Assembly: GCA_051362555.1 (NCBI GenBank)
Contig: CM120641.1
Location: 17,794,001-17,858,000, forward strand
Direction: 5' to 3'
Origin: Lingula anatina
Taxonomy: Eukaryota; Animalia; Brachiopoda
Length of the DNA: 64,000 bases
Part shown: positions 50,672 to 64,000 of the stretch, piece by piece
Layout: every line of letters starts with the position of its first letter
How positions within the stretch are numbered: the stretch's first letter is position 1
The notes under the pieces: model-generated
Seen by the model: only the letters and a program-made list of their open reading frames with translations
Databases searched by the model: none
What the model was told of the DNA's origin: nothing
Position numbers and translations under genes: made by a program

Positions 50672-53087
50672 GTATAGAATTTTTCCACTTTGTTTAAATT
50701 TTAAATTATGAAGAGTAAGGCATTGCAAAAGCCAGGACCTGTCAAAGAAGGACCTTTACTATCGTTATTAAGGACACTGAGGAAAATGTCTTAAAGAAGG
50801 AACATCTTTTCTCCAGAGGATATGAAAACTTGCTACAGAACAAAATTCAGAACAAAAAAGCAGGACTTGAAAATATAAATTGAATTTATAAATATGTATT
50901 GTTGGAAAATGTTTCAGATCTTTTCTTTCATTCGTTTAAGACATCTGAATTGCTGAACTTCCATAATTTACGAAATATTGGGCCTATCTGCAAAGCTTTT
51001 ACAGATCAGATTTAGCAGATTGAATTTGAAAGTGAGACAGAATCACAAAAAATGTTTATTCAGTTTAAATATAATAGATGCATGATTGAGTGAAGGACTC
51101 CTGAATGTGAAACAAAGACTACATTGCTTGCTTGCGGTATCTTGGTGGGCTTCTGAAATGAAAAAGAAAAGATTGTTTACTATTTATGACAATTTTTTTA
51201 ATAAAAGGTTTTTAATAACAGGCAGGTTTTTGAAATAACACAAATGCATGTGATATCACAGAGGAGAGGGGAACTTATAACTGATATGACGTGCTTGTTT
51301 CTTTCTTTGTGTGTGTGTGTGTGTATAAAGTTCAGGCTTAGCTAGCACCAAAAATTGAAGGCTGAAATCGAGGGCAAAAATTATGATCTGGAATAAGCTT
51401 AAAGGTACTTGAGATATATTGCTTAAAAAGTATTTGTAAACACAACCTCTTTCATTTGCAGAAGTTATTACTATGTATGGCACTAAACAATAGAATTTTA
51501 TACATCACACGTTTGGGGGAGTAACGCTGTTTTGTACATCATTTTGACGTATTTCGGAGAAGCACAAAAAATGCTTATTCACAAACTTTCTTTAAAGAAT
51601 ACATTAAACATATTGCACATAATTTGGGTGTAAGAACAATCGAGTTTTAATGTAGCTGATTGATTAAAGGATGAATGACATACAGGTACAACACACTGGA
51701 GACAACAGACAGCAGGTGTAAAATATTTATCTATGAATCTTAATGAAATGAGCAATTGATGTGCGCCTGTGCATGTGTTGTACATGTATTTAATAAACCA
51801 TACTTACCCTATAAAAAGATCTTTGAGAGTCTTATGCAAAAATGGATTGTCCAACTATCCTCTGAAACAAATATGTGAACTGTTATAGCTACCGGTATTA
51901 TGTGCCCTTTTTCCTGTATAATAAGAGTAATATTCATGAAAATATTTTATTATTCAAAATCGTGCTACTCAAAGGTCTCAGTGCTGCTTAGAAACAATAT
52001 TTACATACATAACAATATGTATAACATTATAACAATTAGAATTTTCAGACTGAATTTAAAACCGCTAAAAAGGAATGAAACGTAAAAAAGACCAAATTAA
52101 CAAAAAGATTATTTAGTTTAAAGGATTTCAAGTTTTACTTAAAATTAAAATTATAATCATCAAGACGTCAATAGGCCTATGTTTGAATCGTTGATTAAAG
52201 TTGACCATAGGATTTGACCATAAAATTGATGATAGGACACACTTCCAGTTCCCTTGGATCAGAAGCTCAGAACTGTGACAAGTATAATTATCTAAATTAG
52301 TAACTCTTCTTTTTTGTAATGCTTACATTTACATAAAAACAATATTTTTAAATTTAGTCTCACATGCATTTTTAATTGCCCAGGGCCATACAAAAATGTT
52401 CATACAAAACTTAAAGAAAAGGGCCGAGATAATTTTTTAAAGCAAACATACAATAGGCTTTAATCAAAGATCAGTTAACAATCGTTTCTTCTGTAAGATT
52501 GCAGTCCAAAAGCATTGTAAAACTTTATCAAAACCTACATATTCTAATATTCTGAGCGACATAAAAGTAACGATAGGCAAAATAGTAAAATAATATTAAA
52601 TGTTATAAATATTTGACGTAAATTTTCTTTCATTCGTCTGGGCCTTTAATAGCTTATTCATTGACGTCGGTTATCGAAGAAGTAGTGATACTTACAAAGC
52701 ATACATTTCATGCATTTGCTTCTACGCCTTAAAAAAGTTCGAACTTGCGACTGCAGCACACAAAGTACTGTACCCAACAGTGCCCAATCGCCAAGTGAGT
52801 ATTCTACTGAAGACAGCTCGCAGTACGATGAGAAACTTCTTGTTATGCAAACAAGGTATGGCTCATTGTAGGTGAGAGGCTGTGGCTGTTCAAACTGTTC
52901 ACAAATGTCCATGGCCAAACTACATGTAGATGCAACTGAAGTCCACTTGTTGTTTAAATACTCAAAATTATTCCAGAAAAATTACACGTACATATTGATT
53001 TTAGCACGAAAGCCTGCAATAGACCGAATAGAACTCATGACTGTCCTACTTGATGTGTTATGTTGTCATGTTCCTTGTACCCCCTTA

Positions 53088-53844
53088 TAGTCCGGTTGCT
53101 TAGGGCAAAAAAATGGCTAAATCGTGACACAGCGGATAAAAGCACCAAATTTTGCATGTGGGTACCTTTTGACATACTAAATCAAATTAGAGCCGTAGCC
53201 CACGGAAAAAATTTACCGTTTGGCCAAAAAATCCAAAATGGCCGCCAATTTGTGAAATTTTGTAGAAATATATACATATCTATGTTGATTTTTATCAAAT
53301 TAAGTATTTTCTCAATGTTTTCCACATCCTTATTACCCATATTATGCATATTTGTCAGATAACAAACTAGTGTCCTTGGACTTATTGAAAAATCCAAGAT
53401 GGCCGCCGTATGGCATAGGAATACTAGAACATGTACAAGGGTTTTCAACTAACTAATGCCAACTAGGAAGATGCATTGCCCACTATCTAATTAATTTGGT
53501 TTCTTATTACACAAATAATAAATTTGTGGTGAGTAACTAACCTTTATTCACAGGCAATTCGAGAAAAATCCAAGATGGCCCCCATATCAAAGGAATACTA
53601 GTATACACATAGGGCTTCTTCTGCCATGGAGATATAATATTAATTGATAAATTAGGTTTGTTTCTGAGTATTTTCCACATCTTTTTAATTCACATAATAC
53701 ATATGTGATGAGAATGTTATGTGTATCCTTTTTGAAAACAAAACAAAACAGAATGGCTGCCATTAGCCATAGAAGGTGGAGTTCAGTTAATACCCGCGAG
53801 AGATAGGCTTACAATTAAATGAAGCTTAATTCAGTTGTTATTCT

Positions 53845-53882
<38 letters not shown>

Positions 53883-55808
53883 TATTATTATCCCATGATA
53901 CATATCTGTGTGGTAATTAATGTCCATATTTTATCATTTTGGGGAAATCCAAGATGGCCGTCTTTTCCCCATAGGAAAACTGGTGCATTAGATTTTATAG
54001 GCACTTCTAAGGCAAATGAGGGTAATCATGATTTTTTTCAAAATACTTAAGGGTATACACTTGTTACCTACCAGATAGATATCTAAAAGTCCAAAAAGAA
54101 TGTGGGAAATACCGAGAAACAAAATTCATTTTATATTGAACCCAATGTTTCTCTGGCAGTAGTTGCATGACTGTACTATTCCTATTGTGAATTGCAGCAA
54201 TCTTGAATTTTCTCAAATACGCAAGATGTACACTTGCTACACACCAGATTTATAAAGAGTAAGGTTAATAAGGATGTCAACGTGTTTAAACATCAAATGG
54301 CTTTATTTCATGTTGGAATCAATGTCTGAACTGTTCTATTAATTGACACCTATGTGTATTTGAATGATATATTCCTATGACAACTGGCAGCTATCTTGGG
54401 TTTTCTCCGAATAATACTCAAGGATACATACACTTTCAAAACACACAGAGTCTTTCATAAGGATAAATAGGATATGAAAAACATTTTAAAAACGACCCAA
54501 AGTTAACTACATTTAAATCGTACTCAGTGTATCTCTAGCATTATTTGATTATGTGTTCGAATATTCTAATGACAAAAGGCAGACATCTTGAATTTTTTCA
54601 GAATACCCAAAGATACACACATGCTACAGACCAGGTATACATCATAGGGGTAATAATAAATGGAATGAAAAACATAAATTATTTTTAAAACAAACCCATG
54701 GAAATGTAATTGTACAGTATAATGAACCATATGCCTCTCTAGCAGCAATTGAAACCTACCTATTAGTATTCCTATGTTAAATTGTAGGTATCTTTTTCTC
54801 AGAATATCCAAGGATGCACACTATTTACCCACCAGATATATATCATAGGACTAATAAGGATGCGATGGGCAAAACTTGATAAGCAAACACAAATTCACCC
54901 TGGTAGTAGATGAAAAGCCATGGATGTGCAGTTGTAATTCCAGTAGTATTCCTATGGCCAGTGACGGCCATCTTGGGTTTTCTCAAAATGATCAAATATA
55001 CACATTTATTACCTGCTAGATATGTATCACAGTGTAATAATAATGTGTAAAACACTAAAAAATAAACTGAATTTGATAGTGAATTAGCTGGCATTAGTTC
55101 CAACCCTTTGTAATACCAGAAGTATTCCTATTACGTATGACGGCCATCTTGGATTTTCTCAAAATGGCCAAGAATACTGTTAGTTACTCACCACATACAT
55201 ATTGTGTGGGTAGAGAGGATGTGGAAAACACTCAGAAACCAGCTTAATTTGATAGTGAAAAACTAATCTTTCCAGTTGCCATTAGTTGAATCCCCCGTAT
55301 ACTAGAATTCCTGTGGCACATGGCAGCCATCTTGGATTTTCCAAAATGCCCAAGAACACTTCGTAGTTACTCACCACAAACATATTATGTGGGTAACAAA
55401 GATCTGAGAAACAGACTTAATTTGATAGTGGACAACGTATCGTTCTAGCTGGAAATAGTTGTGCACTAGTATTCCTATGGCTGTTTCTATGGCAAATGAC
55501 AGCCATCTTGGATTTTTTCAAAAAGTCCAAGGGAACTTGTTTGCTATCTGACATATATGAATAAAATGGGTAATAAGGGTGTGGAAAACTCTGAGAAAAT
55601 AATTTATTTGATAAAAATCAACATAGGTATGTACATATTTCTAAAGAATTCAATAAATTGGCGGCCATTTTGGATTTTTTGGCCAAACGGTAAATTTTTT
55701 CCGTGGGCTACGGCTCTAATTTGATTTAGAATGTCAAAAGGTACCCAAATGCAAAATTTGGTGCTTTTATCCGCCGTGTCACGATTTTTTCCTTAAGCCA
55801 CCGGACTA
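53088..55808. mobile_element. Non-autonomous Academ-like DNA transposon (2.7 kb) with long TIRs
   Basis: TAGTCCGG...CCGGACTA termini, 3-bp TTA duplication (53085-53087, 55809-55811), TIRs longer than 300 bp, internal subterminal repeats carrying AATCCAAGATGGC / GCCATCTTGGATT; no transposase ORF. Confidence 0.82.
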
Positions 55809-58018
55809 TTAGTTGAACTTTTCCCTATTGATAGTGTTCTAATTGTAAATAAATTAATAAATAAATAAAACGGTTCGGTTAATGCGTTTTTAATGGATCG
55901 AAAGGCACGTGAATTTACCCCTTTGTGGGTCTATAGGTACTTGCAATTTTTGGAGATGGCGTATTTATCGGTACGTGGATTTATAAGCAGGTAAAGTAGT
56001 GGAACGCTATTTCGTATCAGCTGCCAGGGCGTTGTATACCGACCTATCTAGATCTCCTCTGACACAATGAGTGTACTTCATTCATCAATTATGATTTATC
56101 TGATGGATTCCGGTGTATAACGATCAAGTGATGGGTCATCGCAGGTTTTGATTGAGCATTTCGTAAGTCCGGTAAATGTTGGTATTTTGAAACGTTAATC
56201 TCATTGTGCAGGCGTATAGGTCTATACCAATGATAAGAGGAGCTGTATGCTAAATCCCTCTACGCCCCCTGCCTTTCCATTTCTATCATGGACACAGTGT
56301 CTGTCGTCCCTATGTGCTTTCCTGGATTCCTTTTCCCAAACAATTAAAGTAAAACGGTATCACTTATTCTCAAACTTGTGTAAACTTGCATAGCCTACTA
56401 CTACAGTAGGATTAAAATGCTGCTTTAGTTAAAAAAAAAAACAGCATGATAGGATTTTTTGTTTGAAATTACGATTTTTTTCATAAATTGACATATTCCA
56501 GGTGTGGATCTGAAGTATAACTTTAATGTCACTGCTTCCATCAGTTTTGGCATATATCCTATGTATATTTGCCAGCTTTGCGGTCCAGTATAATAAGCTG
56601 GGTTGATGTCACATAGCACAAAATTAATACGTAAGTAAAAGTCATAAACTGTGGAGAAATAGACTTTTTCGAATTAATGACGGATTAGAAATTTATGAGT
56701 AGCTATATCGTATGCATCCAGGTACAAATGTTTGCCCGCTATTATACCTTTACTAATATCGCGTCTTTTAACAATTTTTTCTCATTTTTTCAATTATACC
56801 AGTAGCTCATTTGATTGTAATTGTGTTTAGTCATTAAACTAATAAAATGTTACCTGGCCTTTAACATTTACATGTTAAATAACCCTAAAAAAGTCAAGAC
56901 TTTCTGTGACCTTGAGGTCAGGGCCCTATTGTTTTTGAGGGAAATAAAAATGTCATAAGTCTTACTTTAAACTTGCTCTATAAATTTGTAAGAAAAATGT
57001 GTTCCGGAAAAAGAAAACAATTGGATTGGATTTATGTATCATTATTATTCTATTTGTTTATTTATCTAAAGTGTATTTGTTTTTTCATTATTGTCATTTA
57101 TTCTTTTTTATTGTGAGAGATGATATCTTTTCGTGATTGATATATATTTTGCAGTTCAGCAATTTATATTTCATTCATTTCTTCTTTTTGTCTGCTTCAT
57201 GTATACACCTTTTTAAAAAAACATCTGAAACCCTTTAAAACATTTTACTACACTTTTTTTTTTTTTGGGGGGGGGGGGAAAGGGGGGCGTGAGTCAAAAC
57301 TAAGCACCAAACCTGTGCACCAAACCTGCTCATAACAAAGTCAAATGGCATTAGCATCTTCTAGGTAGCTCAACACTTTGAAAAAATACTTTATTTACTT
57401 TGTATTTAGCACACAATAAATTGAATGAATTCGTAATCGTGTAAAAATTCCAAATAACCTTTATGGTACATGTAGACCTATGCTTGCTTTGTTTGTGCCT
57501 CCCATGTTTATAGTTTACTGTTGCAGTTTGACATGTAGATCGCAGAGATTTTTTCATTGTATTCACTATAATTAACTTGTAATGACCTGCATCTGGACGT
57601 AACCTTGCAGTGTTTGGTATGGCAAAGAGCACATATATGTAGCCTGATCATTGAAATTCAATGAACAGCAACCAGAACCATTGTTGACTAACCAAACAAC
57701 GTTTCTAATGCGCAAACCAAACCTTTTCAAATTAGCATTTGGAATGATTTTATGAATAATCGCTCGTATTGAATAGCAAGTTGGATTGCGCTGCGATACC
57801 CATTGTTGTAAATCATCGATTCGGTCTCAAATTTATAATAGTAAATTTACTTATACAAATTCACACTAAATGAAAATTGGATTGAGTTCATGATTTAGTC
57901 AAAATAGAGGCGCCATCGTGGGCCTGAGAAATAAACAAGTACCTACTGTGGCTGTGACCATTAAACACAAAGGAAATGCCAGGTTTTGCGTCTTACTTCT
58001 TGTCAGGTATGCATCAAA

Positions 58019-59080
58019 ATGAGCAAAAGCACGGATTTACGCTTAAATTTGGATGCAAATGAGTTGCCGGCACACGCTGAAAAAGACATTAACCACAACA
58101 AAGTGGTTTTACAGGACTTCACAGAAAATACAGAAGAGAATTTTGATGGTGATCTCTGTCGACAAGGCGAGAGCAAAAACAATGGAAAAGGTGATGTGTT
58201 GAATTTCTCCGTAGACCTTGGTGGGCATAGTGCTAACGCTGAAATAAACGAGGTAGGGTGTTCTCCAGGTCTAGACATTCCCCATCTGCTGATTTCCACC
58301 GACAGAGACACGGTGGCAGATGTCCCTGGGGCAGGACAGGAAAGTCATTTAAGCGAAGAACGCACGGGGACACCGATAAAAGTGGAAAATGGTTTGCTAT
58401 TTTCAAATAAGAAACTAACCTCTTCTGTGGAATCTACAAAAAGGCGGAGAAGCATTACAGTATTATCTCCTTTGGAGGAGACGAGCAATGCCTCATTGCA
58501 AAGCGATCAGAATAATGATCCCAATAAAGACTCCTGGTTACACAGGAATTTCAGCACCAAATCAAATGTGCGGAGGGACAAATTGGGGGCAATTGATATT
58601 CCCAGGAGACATTCTTACACAAATCTCTCTACCGCAGAAGATTTATCTATGTCTCCCAGCAGTTTATTACGACGCGAACGACTTGAAACCCTAGAAATTC
58701 CGAGAAGGGGATCGTTATCCAATCTAAGTAGTTTAAGCACTGAAGATCTCACTGCTCTTCCAGGGGATAAGACGCTAATGATTTTGTCGACTGCCTCCAA
58801 TTCTCCCGTTCTCCAAAGAAGAAATACTTTAGATACAATTGAACTCAAGCCAAAGAAATCACGGAAAAAGATGAGTGGAGTCAAAGAAACTTCAGATGAA
58901 CATATAATGCCTAATGATACTGGCCCAATGCAGAAACTGACCACTTCTCAAGGTGGAAGATATGTGCGCAGACGAGCAGGACATTTGCCCCCATTACAAG
59001 AAAACAGTAGTCTTCCAGACGTGGAAGATGAACATGGACGGCGACAAAGCTTGGATAAAAACTTTAAGATATTAGAATAG
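58019..59080 (+). CDS. Uncharacterised single-coding-exon, intrinsically disordered protein (about 353 aa) rich in RRxS/T motifs
   Basis: ORF longer than 1 kb, ATG at 58019 in AAAATGA context after a candidate acceptor near 58006; composition typical of disordered proteins. Confidence 0.72.
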   Translation: MSKSTDLRLNLDANELPAHAEKDINHNKVVLQDFTENTEENFDGDLCRQGESKNNGKGDVLNFSVDLGGHSANAEINEVGCSPGLDIPHLLISTDRDTVADVPGAGQESHLSEERTGTPIKVENGLLFSNKKLTSSVESTKRRRSITVLSPLEETSNASLQSDQNNDPNKDSWLHRNFSTKSNVRRDKLGAIDIPRRHSYTNLSTAEDLSMSPSSLLRRERLETLEIPRRGSLSNLSSLSTEDLTALPGDKTLMILSTASNSPVLQRRNTLDTIELKPKKSRKKMSGVKETSDEHIMPNDTGPMQKLTTSQGGRYVRRRAGHLPPLQENSSLPDVEDEHGRRQSLDKNFKILE

Positions 59081-62000
59081 TTCTTTTATCTGTTAATATT
59101 ATTTCAGATGCTATTTTACAAATCACTTTGCCTCCCAGATTACGAAATTATGTTAATGATCAGTGTAAAGCAAATGTTTTCATATCGAAATAAACTAAGG
59201 TTTGTCATTATTATAGCTATTTGTGGCTAAGTCATAAAAACGCCATGCATAAAATATTCTATATATTTATCCAAAGTGCCTTTTGATAATTCGAATCAAT
59301 GTACCTAATTTGCTTTATAAGACCATGTGATATTATAGAAAGCTGACCTTCCTAAAGCAAGAAATAATACTATGCGAGGCTTTATTTGTATGTTTATCAT
59401 TAATAGATCAACATATAAGTTGTTAAAATTAATTTTACTAACATAATGTTCTGAATTAAAAATTACAAAATTAAGTGAGACTTTGAGAATAAAAAAGGCT
59501 CCTATGACAACTACGTTTCCTTTTATTTCTCTGTATAAATATTTCCTGGTAATTGTCTCTGGGCGATCATATCTGGTAGAGGGTATCTTGAACCCATCAT
59601 CCAAAATGAAGGATTCAAGATCACGTCATTAGTATTAGTAGGCCCTAAAACCCCCAGGTCGTCAATTACGAACATTGAATACACGGAATTTAATTCATCT
59701 TTCAAAACTACATATTTGGTATACATTTGCCATAGATTGTGTTGAAATCTATATAATGGCATTTTATTGTAAACGATATTCGCTGCGTGTGTGTGTGTGT
59801 GTGTTTAAAGCAATGTGTTGTATTTGCTTATCGTGTTCACCATAAAACGACATAGTGGTTACACCCTCATTTACCTTTCAATTTTTTTTGTATTATGCGA
59901 CTTCTCTTCGATGATTACCCTGAAGTCTTATACCCACTGGTGTTAGCGATGGGTAGCAGTTTTGAACTCACTTCGTTATAAATGGTTCAGTATATTGCTA
60001 CTTGAAATATACGGGTCGGTGGATTTTCATCTAGATCCCAGATACCTAATTTTATCTGGTCGAGGTTGAAAATGGGTAGCAAACGTCTTTCTGCCGACAT
60101 TGGCAACGTGCCTATATAATGTATAAGGAAGAAATAAATTGTTTATTGCCTATTTACAGCTTCAGTTGAAATTTAAGTCTCAGTGTCAGGTTTCCAAATG
60201 TTCAAACTATAATAGAAAAAGTGCGGTTGACGAATTCAGTCTCTGCAATGATCAATTTTCAGCACCTACGGAACAATAGTGGATTGTTGGTTTTTGTACA
60301 ATTTTAGTTTCTTTATTCTGACTAGATCGGTCTACTATGGAGCAAGAGATCTATTGGCGGGAATGAAAAGATCTATCCTCTTATCCTCAAGTAAATATTT
60401 GTCTCAATGTCGGTCCAATTTCTTCAGACCTGAGGTATAAAAATGTTGAGACACGGAGGCTAATGGTATAGTTGCTGTCGCATATGAAATACCTCGCTTA
60501 CAGTCTGGTGCGTTTGATACGTAAAAATAGCTTATCTTCTGCTTAAAAAAAACTGCATCAAAAAGAACACAAATAAATGTCACTGTGATGCTTCGGAAAT
60601 GGTTGTTAACCTTTCTTATAATAGAAATAATTTCTTTTCGTTAGGAGTATTGAAGTCAGATGGCTGTGGAGATTTGTTCCGTTACCTTTTTGTTATGTGT
60701 ACATTAAGATATTTCAGAGGGTGCAGATTTTATTTCTTACTTTTTTATATCTGGTGCTATTAATTGAATGGAAGGGTTCGTGTCCTCGTTTCAGCTACAA
60801 CTATTCTTTCACAGAGAGGCCACGCGATTGAGGAGTGGCGTTTATAGGCTGTTCCGCGAAAAAAAAGATGCTTCAGTTATCCTTTTCTGTTGAATGTTGA
60901 TGTAACGTGTGATATAACATGGCAAAGAATTGAGAATTTGGGAAGATAAAAAAGGGGTGATGATAATGAGAATCAACGCCTCTGTTAAAACTAATTAAGT
61001 TATGACTCAAAGCAAAAAGAACCACGTTTGAAGTAATGTATTATTTACTTCATGTTTTTATTTCATAAAAAAATTATATTTTCAAAATGAACACTTACAA
61101 TAATCAAACTTTAACTCCTCCAAGCACCGTAAAATTCATATAAAACAGTATCTTAACACCAGGCCATAATATTTTTAAGGGATTTCCTGAAGCATGTATA
61201 TTCCCATCAGTTTTTATTCTAATGTCAACAATGTACCATAGTATAGATTTTAACAATGAATTTGAAATGCTCACAAATCAATCTTTGTGTCTTATATTAG
61301 ACGACTGAATTAAAACATGTAAACGATTCGGGAATTTGCCCATCTTCAAGCTTTAAAATTCACCTTAAATCTATTGCTTGATAAACTTCAGCACAATTCT
61401 CTCTTCTACAAGTCCCCTTTTCTCTCCCAGTGGAACTTCCATAAAAATCTGCATCACAAAAGGATGAAATTAAATGCCAGTATAAAATGATGGAGGAGTC
61501 TTTTCAATCTTTGCAAACATGATCTAAAAATCCTTATTTTACTTTTAATTTTATCAAATCAAAATTAAAACAATTTTCTATTGAAAATGCTGAGAATTTT
61601 CCTAATTTTTATCTTGAAGTGATGACAACATTGGCCCCCTTTTATGCAAGAGTGAAAAAACTAAAATTAGTAACAGTAAAATACATACTTATTTTACTAA
61701 GATTATATCAACCTAGTGATGTTCATATCATTGGTTTAAAATTATGTGAGAGTATTTCAAATACAAATTCATAAGTAAACTAAGCATGCACTGGACTACC
61801 TACTGCAAGAATGAGCCTAGAATGGGCCAAGAATGAGCCTTTAAAAATACTCATTTCTTTAAGTCATATTTTGATATATCTATATATATATATATATATG
61901 TTTCTGAACAGATTTATATGCAATTATATGGTTTTGTTAAGTACAGACAATAAGTCTATATGAAAGAAAATTAATAAAACAAGTAAAAAAATGAATCATT

Positions 62001-62636
62001 AGGAATCAAGCACTGGTGAAACAATTCCAAATTATTGGTAAATGCTCTTATTAAATGAGTGTTAAATTAACCTCAACAACCTCCAGGCTTTTTGTGGAGA
62101 ATATGTTTAAAGTTAAATAAAACACTTTTGTGAGGACATCCAAATAAGCACTTAATTAACAGCTTGAAATTCTTTTGTTAAATATTGCCACTTTTACCAC
62201 ATGCCTTAAAATATATTTTTGTTTCAATTGTTTTTAACAAAATATGTTTACAATGTAATCATATGTTCTTAATCTAAGATCAACATAAAATTCTAAACAT
62301 CAGCCCTCTTTTTGGAAATGGCGCATTAAATTCAATTACCCAATGAGATTCATCAATTGACACTTTCAAATATATATTGATTTATTTCCACAGGAAAACA
62401 GCCAACAGACAGCTTCATGACGTTCTACAATTTGAGTCTCCATAAATATATAAAGGGAGATATAAAAGAATTCACCAGCATGCAATAGACAGTGTTAATT
62501 AGAAATAACGGACCATCAGAGTCTCCCAAATTAGACATGTTGCTGTAAAAATAGGTCAAATGATAAATTCTCCTCAGAAGACATGTAATGTGGTTTAGAT
62601 CCCCACTCAACCCAGTCCAACTTGGTCCCGCTGGTT

Positions 62637-63057
62637 TCAGGTTGTTTCTGATGACTTACTTTCATACAGCATCCGTGCTCCCTGAAATGTTGAGATTGAA
62701 AGAAACTTGATGATTCAAAATCAACATAAAAATCTTGTAACCTCTTAAATTGCTATTCATTTTTGCTAACTTATTTTGCATGTGATTAATTTTTGATATG
62801 CTATCTAATCCAACTTCCTCTACGACTTTTTATAAATTAAACTTCTAAAAGAAATCATAAGGTAAAACATAAAAGCTGAGATACATGTTAAGCTTCTGTT
62901 AAATAAAACATTACTGGAAGCGATACCTTTTGCATAGCTGCTGTCCACAGCTGTGATGCTTTCTTATTTGGTAAATTGGTAATTGACATCCTAAGAAACT
63001 GTTGGTCCGACTGACGGTCTTTATATTTGATAGATAACCCGATGGCAATGGGGCTTG
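62637..63057 (-). CDS. ZFYVE21: Zinc finger FYVE domain-containing protein 21, last two coding exons (C-terminal PH-like domain)
   Basis: Exons 63057-62927 and 62681-62637 give SPIAIGLSIKYKD...KKASQLWTAAMQKGARMLYESKSSETT*, resembling the remembered ZFYVE21 C-terminus (ATGMFLQY...AWLVAMHKAAKLLYES). Confidence 0.72.
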
Positions 63058-64000
63058 CTGCAATTGAAGAGACAAGAAAAAAAAATCAATGAAAATATAC
63101 ACACATTTTTCATTTTCAAATTACCAAGAATTTTAGAGACCAATTTAACTATCAATTTTCCGTTTTGCCAATTATGCATATATATTAGTCATTTGCTTAA
63201 TCTGGTTTTGTTCTTTATTAAATCAACTCTACTATTTTTACTCTTCACAGTTCCCTTCCTCATGAAGTGTACACCTACATATGTACAACTTTGTGTTTTA
63301 ATGTGAGTGAGACAAGAACAAGAACAGAAGCAATTTGAAGTTAGATGACAAAATATCACATTTAAAGATTCTGTTGCACAATGATGTTTAAACAAAAAAC
63401 TGAAGTCCTGTCCATTGTGTAATGGTGACAAAGGGAAATGTATAATGGGGCCAACTAGCAGCTTTCCTCACCAGCTCTAAATAAGCTTGTGTGATTCAGT
63501 CTAAATAATATAAGCAATCCTGTATATAACATCTCAACAGCATGACCTTCAGGCGTGTGTGCGTGTGCATGTGTGCGTGTGTGTGAAAGGGGGGGCTGCC
63601 ATTTGGGTAGGAATAAGTCCACTGTGAACCAAAATTTTAAGTAGGTTCTATGCCCTTTCTCAAGTTGAGTAAACTTAGGGGTGAAAAGTTCCATTATTTA
63701 AAAAAAAACCTCTCTCTATAAATTGCAAGCAACAAGAGAGACACCAAGAGAGACACCTCCTTTTTAAGCTGCTCAAACTAATATTTTTCAAAAGATGGGA
63801 GTAAAGCTATTAGGACAACTACTGGGTTACATAAACAGTCTTCTGGCAAATAAAACCATCCAGTTGTGGTTTACCTGGAAAGTGTAAAAGGGGCCATACC
63901 TAATGAATTTCTAAGACGTGTTCACACTGTTGATAGGTCAGCCCTCTGCCATACTGCCCACCTCTTTGGAAGTCTGATTAGCTACCATAGCTCAAGAAAG

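Noticed and set aside
52044-52162. Minus-strand TGATGA...CTGA as a possible C/D snoRNA
   Set aside because: No terminal stem, very AT-rich, and no recognisable rRNA-complementary guide.
63875-63950. Possible additional ZFYVE21 exon (donor at 63875)
   Set aside because: The phase-compatible frame has a nearby stop and no similarity to the expected sequence; unresolved without transcripts.

Overview
AT-rich, intron-rich animal genomic DNA (invertebrate, probably lophotrochozoan; an inference from gene content, GT-AG introns and mosaic CpG depletion), not prokaryotic. Gene order: 5' part of an ETNPPL/PHYKPL-family PLP enzyme (-), head-to-head with a complete 12-exon isovaleryl-CoA dehydrogenase IVD (+); intronless ANKRD63/34-like gene (-); intronless uncharacterised ORF (-); intron-containing tRNA-Phe(GAA); ALKBH6 (-) head-to-head with POLR3F (+); BTB-BACK gene (-) head-to-head with a two-TM, PPxY-tailed membrane protein (+); LRRC74-like gene (+); 34-bp minisatellite; a 2.7-kb Academ-like element; intronless disordered RRxS-rich ORF (+); last two exons of ZFYVE21 (-). 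Several MITE families (Harbinger-, Kolobok- and hAT-like) are present. Main highlight: IVD has two tandem 94-nt copies of the exon that encodes the catalytic glutamate and a substrate-pocket residue. This is a likely mutually exclusive splicing switch of the active site, with a foldable intron between the copies. Other highlights: a second mutually exclusive exon pair swapping a TM helix, an intron-bearing metazoan tRNA-Phe, and direct evidence that the enriched TACATGTA motif is a transposon excision footprint. All exon coordinates were derived by eye; homology calls are from remembered family sequences, not database searches.
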